This document shows positions 31,476 to 40,329 of a stretch of DNA of 64,000 bases, piece by piece; position 1 is the first letter of the stretch, and each line of letters starts with the position of its first letter. Position numbers and translations under genes: made by a program. The DNA is from Bdellovibrionales bacterium (GTDB lineage Bacteria > Bdellovibrionota > Bdellovibrionia > Bdellovibrionales > UBA1609). The stretch is from contig JAWLHR010000002.1 in assembly GCA_041690295.1 (NCBI GenBank), positions 64,001-128,000 on the forward strand. The letters run 5' to 3'. The notes beneath the pieces were generated by a model. That model searched no databases and had not been told where the DNA came from. It saw nothing but the letters and a program-made list of their open reading frames with translations.

Positions 31476-33689
31476 TTATTGTGAAGAGGGGCTGCGGCCG
31501 CGACGCGGGTTCAATTGTACGCGCATCCGCTTATCGGCGGGAACGGTCACGACTTTCTCCTCGAAAGAGCCGCCGCTCGCCGTCTCGGCCCGGACTCGAA
31601 CCGGCGTATTCCCGGGTATCGGCACTTCTTTCACCGCGCTCCGACGCAAGGAGTATTGTTTGCCGTTGATGAAGACCACGGCCGGTTGTGGCGGAAAGAT
31701 TTCCACGTCTAAATAGGCGATATTTAACTTCTGCAGATTCACGTCCAGCCGGTTGCCCAGGGATTCGCGGGTGGCGTTTCGCATTTTGTACTCGGCGTAG
31801 CCTTTTTTTCGGATCTCGATCGCGAAGGGGTGAGCCGGCACATCCACGCGGCTGGGAGTCACCATTCCGGTGGACTTGTCATTGATAATGATTTCCGCGC
31901 CCGATGGGTTACTTGTAACCACCAATCCCGTGCTCACCGGGATCTGTGTGCCGGGGATGAAGGGTTGGGAGTCGCCGGTTAAATGACGCGTGGGCTTGAC
32001 GGCTTCCACGCCGATCATCCGGTGAACCATCGGAATGTAATCGTCCATGACGGCGATCACGGGCTGCATGGACGAAGTGAAATTTTTGGCCACGTAGACG
32101 TAAATCAAAGCGCAAACCACGAGGAAGGTGGCCACCGAGGCGATGCGGGCCGGTTTGACCGGAATTTCGCGCCTCGTTTTTCTCCGGCTTTCCACCGCGA
32201 CGGGAGTGGCGCGGGACTTGCGCGTCGCCACCGGAGCGGGGCGGGTTTCCTCCACCCTTACATCCGACTGAGTCACATCCGGAGCGTCCATTAAATCACC
32301 CGCTTTGATTTCAATCGGCTGGATCCGGGTGGTCACGCTGGTCACGGGCGTTTCAAAGTCAGCGGCTTTTTTCAAAGCGCTGTCATCCAAAATGTTGGGG
32401 TTATTGGACATGGACGGGTCGGAATCGGGAAATCCCGAAGGCGGACCGTCGCCTTGGCCGAGCGGAGTCTCGGTTTGGGTGATGATGATCCCGCTGTCCG
32501 TTGACGAGGGGATGTTGACCGAACTCAAGTTCGGAAGGATGGTCTCGCTGGCCGTCGGGACCGTGTGATCCTTGGACGGGGCGGAAACTTCGGTTACATC
32601 CGAGTTCTCGGTGATACCGGAGTTTGTATCCTGGGACTCAGGCATCAAGTCAGCGGCACTGCGGCTGGATCCACCGCGGGAGATATCCATTGACGATGAA
32701 GCGATATTCACCTTGGCGTAATCCACCAGGCGTTTGCGCAGCGAGAGGATTTCGTCGGCGAACACGGACTTGACGAAAACCGAGAAGTCGTGAGCGCTGA
32801 AATCGGGATACTGCCGGTTAAGAAAGCGGTTGAGATCGCGATGAAGAGCGGCCGCCGTTTGGTAGCGAAGGTTGCGGTCGCGAGCCAGCGCTTTTTGTAC
32901 GATCCGCTCCAGCTCGGTATGGATGTTCGGGTTGATCTTTCTGAGCGAGGGCACTTGGCAATCGCGGATTTTTCTCAAAGTGTTGATTTCGTTATTGGCG
33001 ACGAACAAACGATCGTTCGCCAGAAGTTCCCAAAGCACGATGCCCAACGAAAAAATATCGGTTCGCAGATCCACCGGCTGCCCTTCGGCCTGCTCCGGAC
33101 TCATGTAGCCGAATTTACCTTTAAGCGTGCCGGCGCGGGTGGATTCGATCTGGCTTTCGGCTTTGGCGATTCCGAAGTCGACGATTTTCACTTCGCCTTC
33201 GAAGCTCACCATGATGTTCTGCGGGCTCATGTCCCGGTGGGTGATGTTGAGCGGCTTGCCGGTGGAACCGTCAATGCATCGGTGGGCGTGATCAAGTCCC
33301 GCCGCGACTTCTTTCACCACGTAGATGATTTGATCGATCGTGAATTGGGTCGAGGATTTTTTCATTTTGTTCAGAATCTGACGAAGATTCCGACCCTCGA
33401 CGTAGTCCATCACCAGGAAGAATTGGCCTTTTTCAACGCCGAATTCGTGAATGGAAACGATGTTGCTGTGATTCAGGTTGATCGCGATCTTGGCTTCATC
33501 CTTGAACATCTCGATGAATTCCACGCTGTCGGCGTATTGCGGAAGAATGCGTTTGATCGCGAAAAATTTGCCGATGCCGCCGGCGCCTGTGCCGCGGCTT
33601 AGAAACACTTCGGCCATACCACCGGTGGCTAATTTTTCGAGCAGAATATATTTGCCAAACTGTTCAAAGTGCCCTGACACGTAATTCAA
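31476..33689 (-). CDS. Membrane Hanks-type Ser/Thr kinase with C-terminal PEGA-like domain
   Basis: GGMAEV, AIKRI, HRDMSPQN, DFG, GKFGYMSPEQ; TM; VTSNPSGAEIIIN. Confidence 0.93.
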   Translation of the reverse strand: MNYVSGHFEQFGKYILLEKLATGGMAEVFLSRGTGAGGIGKFFAIKRILPQYADSVEFIEMFKDEAKIAINLNHSNIVSIHEFGVEKGQFFLVMDYVEGRNLRQILNKMKKSSTQFTIDQIIYVVKEVAAGLDHAHRCIDGSTGKPLNITHRDMSPQNIMVSFEGEVKIVDFGIAKAESQIESTRAGTLKGKFGYMSPEQAEGQPVDLRTDIFSLGIVLWELLANDRLFVANNEINTLRKIRDCQVPSLRKINPNIHTELERIVQKALARDRNLRYQTAAALHRDLNRFLNRQYPDFSAHDFSVFVKSVFADEILSLRKRLVDYAKVNIASSSMDISRGGSSRSAADLMPESQDTNSGITENSDVTEVSAPSKDHTVPTASETILPNLSSVNIPSSTDSGIIITQTETPLGQGDGPPSGFPDSDPSMSNNPNILDDSALKKAADFETPVTSVTTRIQPIEIKAGDLMDAPDVTQSDVRVEETRPAPVATRKSRATPVAVESRRKTRREIPVKPARIASVATFLVVCALIYVYVAKNFTSSMQPVIAVMDDYIPMVHRMIGVEAVKPTRHLTGDSQPFIPGTQIPVSTGLVVTSNPSGAEIIINDKSTGMVTPSRVDVPAHPFAIEIRKKGYAEYKMRNATRESLGNRLDVNLQKLNIAYLDVEIFPPQPAVVFINGKQYSLRRSAVKEVPIPGNTPVRVRAETASGGSFEEKVVTVPADKRMRVQLNPRRGRSPSSQ

Positions 33690-33745
33690 ATCGGATTTTG
33701 GCCTTAAGACCTTGAATTTTTTGATCTTTGTCCTAGAGTAAGGTC

Positions 33746-34363
33746 ATGCTTTGGATCGGCCTTACCGGCTCAATGGGAAGCGGTAAATCCACCGCGGCCA
33801 AAGTCCTGCGCGAACTTGGCTTTCCTGTGTTGGATGCGGATCAAATCGTCCATGAATTGATCGCCCCGAACGGACCGGCGGAAAAAGAAGTGATCGAGGC
33901 TTTTGGCGAGCCCGTCAAAGGTCCGGATGGTCATGTGGACCGTCGCGCTTTAGGGCGTATCGCCTTTGCGACATCCGAAAACCTGGCGCGGCTCGAGGAG
34001 ATTTTACATCCGAAAGTGCGGACCGAAGTGGCCAAACGAAAAAGCCAGCTTTGGGCGCAAGGCGCGGAAGCGGTTTTTTACGATGTGCCGCTGCTCTTTG
34101 AGAAAAAAATGGAAGATCAATTCGACTACATTCTCGTGGTGAGCGCGGCTCCGGAAATTCGCCGGGCGCGGATCAAGGCGCGCACGAACTTGAGTGACTC
34201 CGAAATCGACGCGCGCCTGAGCTGGCAAATCGCACCGGAAATCAAGGAAGCCAAAGCCACGGCCGTGATTCCCAATAACAGCGATGAAGCCGCGCTGAAG
34301 AATGAAATTCTCGCGGTGTTGAAACGCTTGAATATCAAGCTACCATCCGCGGCTCAATCCTAG
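33746..34363 (+). CDS. coaE: Dephospho-CoA kinase
   Basis: IGLTGSMGSGKST, DAD, DRRALG, HPKV and DVPLLFE motifs. Confidence 0.95.
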   Translation: MLWIGLTGSMGSGKSTAAKVLRELGFPVLDADQIVHELIAPNGPAEKEVIEAFGEPVKGPDGHVDRRALGRIAFATSENLARLEEILHPKVRTEVAKRKSQLWAQGAEAVFYDVPLLFEKKMEDQFDYILVVSAAPEIRRARIKARTNLSDSEIDARLSWQIAPEIKEAKATAVIPNNSDEAALKNEILAVLKRLNIKLPSAAQS

Positions 34364-34963
34364 CGTCAATGAAGTCCGCGTCTTCTCGTGATTGAAGAGA
34401 AATGACGGCTCGAAGCGAAGCGAGTAAGGGTTGGAGATGACGAACTCCAACGTGCCGGCCAGGCGAACAAAATAATGTTCGGGATCGGCGAGTGTGGCGA
34501 GACCCTTTTTGCCTTCCACCTGGTGATCCAGGGCCAGTTTGAACGATGGCCGGAAATAACCTCTTTCGTTGTGAATCCAGCGCGCGCCCGCATGGATATG
34601 TCCTTTGCCATCCTCATGGAGATCCGCTCCTGCTTCCAATTTGGGCGAAAGGAACTTGGGAAAGAGATATTCAAACCCTAAAATCAAGTCTTCCACCGAA
34701 ATCTTGGGAAAATCGGAGTCGTAGCCGGCGTGAAAGGTGAGCGCCTGCTGGTAGGGATAGTAGCGAGCTGATTCGGTGCGGGAGATTTTCGTTGGGGCTT
34801 CCGGCGCGGGACTGATCACCATGGATTCATCGAGGCGCAAAACTTTTTCGTCGCTCTTTTCCGGAGCCGGCGCCGATTCCTTCACTTCGGAATGCGGATT
34901 GGCCATTAAACTCAACGAAAACACGACGAACGTCCCACTGACAATGAACCGTAGCTTTGCCAT
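34340..34963 (-). CDS. Putative small outer membrane beta-barrel protein
   Basis: Signal peptide from ATG 34963; amphipathic strands; ends LGLSRGW. Confidence 0.55.
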   Translation of the reverse strand: MAKLRFIVSGTFVVFSLSLMANPHSEVKESAPAPEKSDEKVLRLDESMVISPAPEAPTKISRTESARYYPYQQALTFHAGYDSDFPKISVEDLILGFEYLFPKFLSPKLEAGADLHEDGKGHIHAGARWIHNERGYFRPSFKLALDHQVEGKKGLATLADPEHYFVRLAGTLEFVISNPYSLRFEPSFLFNHEKTRTSLTLGLSRGW

Positions 34964-35013
34964 CGTGAAGTAAGGATATCGTGAATCGAACATCGGAAGG
35001 TAGGATTTTCATC

Positions 35014-36186
35014 ATGCGTGGATTCTTGGGTTCCGTTCTCGTTGGTTTGGCACTCTCACCACTTTCGGTTCGGGCCCAATCGGTACGCGCACTCGACTTC
35101 ACCATCCATCAGGAATACACGAGCACGCGCGCGCTCGGCATGGGCAACGCGTTCACGGCGGTTTCCGATGACCATAGCGCGATGTTTTACAATCCGGCGG
35201 CTCTCGCGTTTCGCAAAGACGGTCACCTGCGAATGTTCATTCGCGCGGGGGCCTCGCCCGAGTCACTGGATCTGATCGATGAAATCGGCAAGGCTGACGA
35301 CATCGACGATGAGAGCGCCAAAATCGACGAGTACAGCCGGATCATCCAAAGCCATTACGGTGATCACTTTTACTATCGCGTGCCCACGATCGGCGCGATT
35401 TGGGTGCGGCCGAACTGGGGTATCGCGCTTGTTCCCGCGGATCTTTCCCTGGATGTGGCGGTTCATCGTCAGATCGGCCCTTCTCTCGTGGTGAACCTCT
35501 ACCAGGACACGACTCTGGCCTTTTCCTACGCGCGAAAGCTGAAATGGATGCCGAAAGGGCATCAGTTTTCAATGGGCGCGACGTTAAAAACCATTCACCG
35601 GATTCATGTGGCCGAAAGTTTATCCGCGGGGCAGTTGGCCGACGGCAGCTCCTTGTTTGAAACTTCACAGGCCAATGAAGGTTTGACCGCCGATCTTGAT
35701 CTCGGTTTCATGTGGAAACCGAAGATCGCGGGCTTTTTTAAATACTTCAAATACATGCAACCGACTTTCGCGTTGGTCGGACGAAATTTGGTCGATTACG
35801 GTTTTAAAAAGAATTTTCATTTTATCGATGAAAACTCCGGAGAACCGGCGAAGTTACAACGGCGAATCGACTTCGGCAGCCGTTGGGATTTGGGCCGGCT
35901 TTGGGTGTTTGAGCCCAAGTTCGCTCTCGATATCCGTGACGTTCTCCACGAAAACTGGACGTGGAAAAAAGGCTTTCACATGGGATTTGAAGCCTACTGG
36001 CGGATGTACAACTGGTGGAAAGGTCATTGGTCAGTGGGTTTGAACCAGGGTTATTGGACGGCCGGTTTCGGTGCCCGCATGCTTTGGTTCCAGTTGGATC
36101 TTTGCAGTTACGGTGAAGAGGTCGGCACGCCCTCGGCGCCGCAGGAAAGCCGGCGCTACATGGCCGAACTCGCTCTCGACTTCTAA
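35014..36186 (+). CDS. TraF/PorV-like outer membrane barrel, paralog 1
   Basis: RALGMGNAFTAVSDD...FYNPAAL plug motif; ends YGEEVG...RRYMAELALDF. Confidence 0.75.
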   Translation: MRGFLGSVLVGLALSPLSVRAQSVRALDFTIHQEYTSTRALGMGNAFTAVSDDHSAMFYNPAALAFRKDGHLRMFIRAGASPESLDLIDEIGKADDIDDESAKIDEYSRIIQSHYGDHFYYRVPTIGAIWVRPNWGIALVPADLSLDVAVHRQIGPSLVVNLYQDTTLAFSYARKLKWMPKGHQFSMGATLKTIHRIHVAESLSAGQLADGSSLFETSQANEGLTADLDLGFMWKPKIAGFFKYFKYMQPTFALVGRNLVDYGFKKNFHFIDENSGEPAKLQRRIDFGSRWDLGRLWVFEPKFALDIRDVLHENWTWKKGFHMGFEAYWRMYNWWKGHWSVGLNQGYWTAGFGARMLWFQLDLCSYGEEVGTPSAPQESRRYMAELALDF

Positions 36187-36189
36187 AAG

Positions 36190-36240
36190 GTAGGCCGTTC
36201 CAAATCAGGATGCGTGGCATCCTGATTTGGAACGGCCTAC
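36190..36240. repeat. Perfect 51-bp palindrome (24-bp arms, 3-nt loop) with GTAG/CTAC ends; REP-like element or bidirectional terminator
   Basis: GTAGGCCGTTCCAAATCAGGATGC-GTG-GCATCCTGATTTGGAACGGCCTAC between convergent genes. Confidence 0.9.
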
Positions 36241-37310
36241 TAAAAGCGGAAAGAGAATTTCACGACATAGCGACGGTCCTCACGGGGCTCATCCGGAGTT
36301 CCGATGTCTTCGCCATAGGTGGCCGCTTGGAATTGATAGTTGACGATCGCCAGCTCCAAACCGGCCGTGTACCAGTGTTGGTGCCAGCCGCCACGAATGA
36401 AAATCGCGTCGGCATAGTTGAACTCCACGCCGGCGTGCGCCCGGCGCACGTACCCGTCTTCTTCCGCGCTGTTCATCACGTCTTTTAACTCCACCGTCCA
36501 AAGGGAGCGCCAACGTTTGCCGAGAATCGGCGAGACCGAAAGCGCGACGTCCAAGGTCGGCGGTGTCGAGTGCGGATCGTCGTCGGTGCGCATGAGCAGA
36601 CCGTTGCGATAAGTGTAACTCGTGCGTCCCACGTCACGATAAACGGCGCCGATGGAGGGTAGCCAGGCGATCGGCGCGGTCAAGACGATGGCCGTATCGC
36701 TGGCGATCCCCACACCGCTCGCGGCCAAATCTTTAAGATCGTTTCCGGTCGATGCGGGATCAATATCGTCGCGGCGGACTTCCGTGCGATTGACCGCCCG
36801 AGCGTTCGCGCCCAGTTTGACAATGCCGTTGAACAAGCGAAGGTTAAAACCAAACACCAGGGCGTAGTCGTTGGTGTAGTGGTATTTGAAGGCGCTCTCG
36901 TCCTCGTTGGTTTCGGCGTTGATCTCATACTTGCCGAGTACGCCAAAGCCGAAATTGGGGACCACGATCGAGGGGAAGAGCTGGGTGCGAATGTGCAAAT
37001 GTTTGCCTGGCTTTTTGTTCGTCAGCTCCATCGTGTCTTGGGGATCCATGACATCAAGTATTTTGAGGCCGGCGATCTGCTCGGTTTCCTGGCTGACCGC
37101 GCCTTCCGGATCGAAAAGGGTGATGAAGTAATCCCTCAGGCGGCCAAGACCCGCGGGATTATGAAGCAGGGCCGTCTCATCGTTGGCGACGAGCACGGTG
37201 GCTCCGCCCATTCCCAGGCTGCGAACACCGTTATAGAATTCATACCGCTCACCGGCCGACGCCGTTGAACAAATGAGAGTTGTAACGAGGTAAAAGAGCC
37301 CTTTCCCCAT
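36240..37310 (-). CDS. TraF/PorV-like outer membrane barrel, paralog 2
   Basis: RSLGMGGA...LHNPAGL; ends ATYGEDIG...EDRRYVVKFSFRF. Confidence 0.75.
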   Translation of the reverse strand: MGKGLFYLVTTLICSTASAGERYEFYNGVRSLGMGGATVLVANDETALLHNPAGLGRLRDYFITLFDPEGAVSQETEQIAGLKILDVMDPQDTMELTNKKPGKHLHIRTQLFPSIVVPNFGFGVLGKYEINAETNEDESAFKYHYTNDYALVFGFNLRLFNGIVKLGANARAVNRTEVRRDDIDPASTGNDLKDLAASGVGIASDTAIVLTAPIAWLPSIGAVYRDVGRTSYTYRNGLLMRTDDDPHSTPPTLDVALSVSPILGKRWRSLWTVELKDVMNSAEEDGYVRRAHAGVEFNYADAIFIRGGWHQHWYTAGLELAIVNYQFQAATYGEDIGTPDEPREDRRYVVKFSFRF

Positions 37311-37438
37311 ACTGGGTTTTTCGACCTAAGATTGATTCAACTTGAGACAGCCTGACCATTTCAGGACTTTCAAAACACATCCAAAGTCCGGTCCTGAATG
37401 AACTTCAATTGCCTTCGGGAAATCCCGAAGAGTTCAAT

Positions 37439-38224
37439 ATGAATATGAAAGCTCTCATTCTGACGTTTCTTTTTAGCACGACGGCCTTGGTCTTAGCTTC
37501 TTGCGCGGGATCGGACGAGGCGGATGATATAGCCAAAGCGCAAAAATGCCTCGATGAAGTGCCTGAAAGTGATCCGGCGTCGGCTTCGAACTGCATGCAG
37601 TACGTGGCCAAATACACTTCCCAGCAGGCGTACATTTTGAAATGTTCCATCGCCATGGCCGCGGGCGGCTTGATGGAATCCAAAACCGTGAACGCCTATA
37701 AAATTCTAAAGGGCGATAGCGTGCCTGAGCCCAACCGCAACACGGCTTTCATGGCGGCGCTTGCTCTCGATGTGCCGACCATCGCGGATGGCTACACCAA
37801 AGCCAAAGAAGCGGATGTTTTCTGTCAAAAGACGGGGATTTCCGGATTGATGTTTCTCTCCGGCGTGGTGCTGTCCGGTTCTTGGATGGCCAAGACCATG
37901 GCTGATCTCACGGGCAATCCCAATCTCGATTTGTCCGATCCGAACGCGGTGAATGCGGGAGTGGACCATCTCTTGAACAGCGCTGGTGGTTGTTTGGACG
38001 CCTCTCCGCCACCGACTTGCGATCAGGATTTGGAGGTTTTGGGAACCGCGGTCGCCTCGCTTTCGAACAATTACTGCAATAAAAAAGGCGCGGACGCCAA
38101 AGTGTGTGATGAAATCAACGACGCGACGGAAGCCGCGGGCAATAACGCCACGGCCATTGGCCAGGCGCTTCTTTGTTATTTGAAAAAGCGCACTTACAAT
38201 CCCGACACTCAGACCTGTAACTAA
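37439..38224 (+). CDS. Cys-rich lipoprotein
   Basis: Lipobox LASC plus 10 further Cys; start ATG 37439 or 37445. Confidence 0.8.
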   Translation: MNMKALILTFLFSTTALVLASCAGSDEADDIAKAQKCLDEVPESDPASASNCMQYVAKYTSQQAYILKCSIAMAAGGLMESKTVNAYKILKGDSVPEPNRNTAFMAALALDVPTIADGYTKAKEADVFCQKTGISGLMFLSGVVLSGSWMAKTMADLTGNPNLDLSDPNAVNAGVDHLLNSAGGCLDASPPPTCDQDLEVLGTAVASLSNNYCNKKGADAKVCDEINDATEAAGNNATAIGQALLCYLKKRTYNPDTQTCN

Positions 38225-38300
38225 TCGATTCTAGACCGGGGGCCGATGTTTCCGGCCCTCAGATTACCTTAAAATTAAATAAATTCTCACTGGAGTTTAG

Positions 38301-39170
38301 GTGATGCGTCTTCTCGGCCGCGTTCTGCTCGGCTTTTGGTTTCTCGCCGGCAATTTGAGTTGCACGGTGAACATCCTCGAAACCTTCGCGGATAAGAACA
38401 CGCCGGAAGCTCTTTATGAAACCGCGAAAAAACAAATCAATGACGGTAACTATGCCGGCGCCCTTGAAACGATCGGGAAAATCACCGGTTCACTGGCCAG
38501 TCATCGCAAGGTGACGGCGCTCAAAGCGTCCGCTCACGCGGGCCTTTGCGGTTTGGAATTCCTGCCATTGGTGGAAGCGCTTCCCGATTTGTCCAATCAG
38601 CGGCTTTTCCCTTTGCTTATGTCGATTTTTCGCTCCGGTGATGACACGGATAAAATCGACAATTGCATAGCGGCCGAAGAAATTTTGGAGTCCATCGGCG
38701 ACGCCAACGCCCGCACGAGCGATGAAAATCTCTTCCTCGTGCTCGTGGCCTTCGCCAAAATCGGCGTGACTTTGAGTTACTACGCCGACGCGGATCAGGA
38801 CGGAACCGTCACGAACAACTACGACATTTGCGCCGCGGGTGCGACGCGAACCGCGGGCGGCGATATGCCTGATAGCGACGTGGCGGAAATTGGATGGTCG
38901 TTGGTTTCAGCGATCAATAACATCACGGCGGTTTCTTCTTCGGTGGATGTGGGTGATGACTCACTCGATGCGATTCAAGACGCCTGCTCGGTCCTGGGCG
39001 GTTTCAACCCGGCTTTTGATTTTTGCGCGGCGGCCAGTAAAGAAGACCTTGCGGCCGACCCGTTCATGCTCCTCGGCATTCGCAGTTTGATTAAAGAAGA
39101 TAGCGTCATCGGGCTTGATACATTGCAAGCCGGATGTGATGGGGATGTGACCACTTGCCACTGCCCCTGA
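38301..39170 (+). CDS. Cys-rich lipoprotein with TPR-like N-terminus
   Basis: Lipobox-like NLSC, LYETAKKQINDGNYAGAL, 8 further Cys. Confidence 0.75.
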   Translation: MMRLLGRVLLGFWFLAGNLSCTVNILETFADKNTPEALYETAKKQINDGNYAGALETIGKITGSLASHRKVTALKASAHAGLCGLEFLPLVEALPDLSNQRLFPLLMSIFRSGDDTDKIDNCIAAEEILESIGDANARTSDENLFLVLVAFAKIGVTLSYYADADQDGTVTNNYDICAAGATRTAGGDMPDSDVAEIGWSLVSAINNITAVSSSVDVGDDSLDAIQDACSVLGGFNPAFDFCAAASKEDLAADPFMLLGIRSLIKEDSVIGLDTLQAGCDGDVTTCHCP

Positions 39171-40318
39171 TCGCGCTCACGGCGCTTCTTGTCTGGTGGC
39201 CTTTCTCGCTGCAAGCGGCTGAGTACAGCACAATCAACTCATCCATCCGCGCGCTCGGCATGGGCGACGCGCACGTGGCGATCGCCCACGATGATGCCGC
39301 CCTTTTCTACAATCCCGCGGGCCTTTCCCGAGTGGAGGGGATCAATTGGAAGGTCTTCAGCTTGCGCGTGGGCGCCAGCGGCTACGAGGCCTATAACAAA
39401 ATTAAGAATCTGAATTCCGATGACAGCGATGACTTCGCCGATACCGTTCAGGAACTTTATGGCGAACATGTGTGGGGCGGAGCCGGCGGGCAATCGATAA
39501 TCACCGCGCCCATGATCGGGTTCGGCGTTTACAATCATCTTGATTCGCTCATCAAAATCGATAATCCGGTTTACCCGGAAATTTACACGAGCGTGATCAA
39601 TGACTACGGATACGTCTTGGGCTTCGGCGCTCCCATTGGTCCGTTTCTAGAAGCCGGCGCGAGTCTCAAATACATCAAGCGCACGGGTTCGCGCGTGCCC
39701 TGGGGCGCAAGCTTCATCGCCGATCTGGAACCGTCAACGATCTATGACAATATCACGGGCTGGGGAACGGGTTACGGTGCCGATGCGGGAATGAATGTGG
39801 TGGTTCCCGCGGGGATCATCACAGGATCATTTTCCGCTGTCTGGCGAAATATCGGCGGAATTAAATTTCGCTCCAACAATCCCAATGCGGCGCCCGTTCC
39901 GTCGGAAGACAATGACATCACGCTCGGCGCGGGCTTGGTGTTTGACTTGCCGCTCGTGACCATAAGACCGGCTCTCGATTTTCGCTATTTGAATCGCACG
40001 GATTTGCAGCTCACGCGTAAGATCAATTTCGGAATTGAAATCGGACTTCCCCTGTTGGATATTCGAGGAGGATTTCACGAAGGTTATTACACCGCGGGTG
40101 TCGGCGTGAACCTCGGACTTTTCCAAGTGAACGCGGCGACCTATGGTGTTGAGTTGGGGGAATATCCTGGGCAAATCGAAGATCGGCGATACGCATTGGA
40201 ATTTGTCATGGAAGTTGGGGTCGGCAACTTCTCAGCCAGCGGCTCTTCCTCGAGGGGTGGCAAAGGTTCATCCAACCGATCGATCTGGGGATCGGGACGT
40301 CTTAAACAACGTCGGTAA
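39155..40318 (+). CDS. TraF/PorV-like outer membrane barrel, paralog 3, with basic C-terminal tail
   Basis: RALGMGDA...FYNPAGL; ATYGVELG...EDRRY; tail ending GRLKQRR. Confidence 0.75.
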   Translation: MPLPLIALTALLVWWPFSLQAAEYSTINSSIRALGMGDAHVAIAHDDAALFYNPAGLSRVEGINWKVFSLRVGASGYEAYNKIKNLNSDDSDDFADTVQELYGEHVWGGAGGQSIITAPMIGFGVYNHLDSLIKIDNPVYPEIYTSVINDYGYVLGFGAPIGPFLEAGASLKYIKRTGSRVPWGASFIADLEPSTIYDNITGWGTGYGADAGMNVVVPAGIITGSFSAVWRNIGGIKFRSNNPNAAPVPSEDNDITLGAGLVFDLPLVTIRPALDFRYLNRTDLQLTRKINFGIEIGLPLLDIRGGFHEGYYTAGVGVNLGLFQVNAATYGVELGEYPGQIEDRRYALEFVMEVGVGNFSASGSSSRGGKGSSNRSIWGSGRLKQRR

Positions 40319-40329
40319 AATTAAGAATC

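Noticed and set aside
35014..40318. Conjugative element based on TraF-like genes
   Set aside because: No relaxase, VirB4, coupling protein or integrase, and composition resembles the core genome
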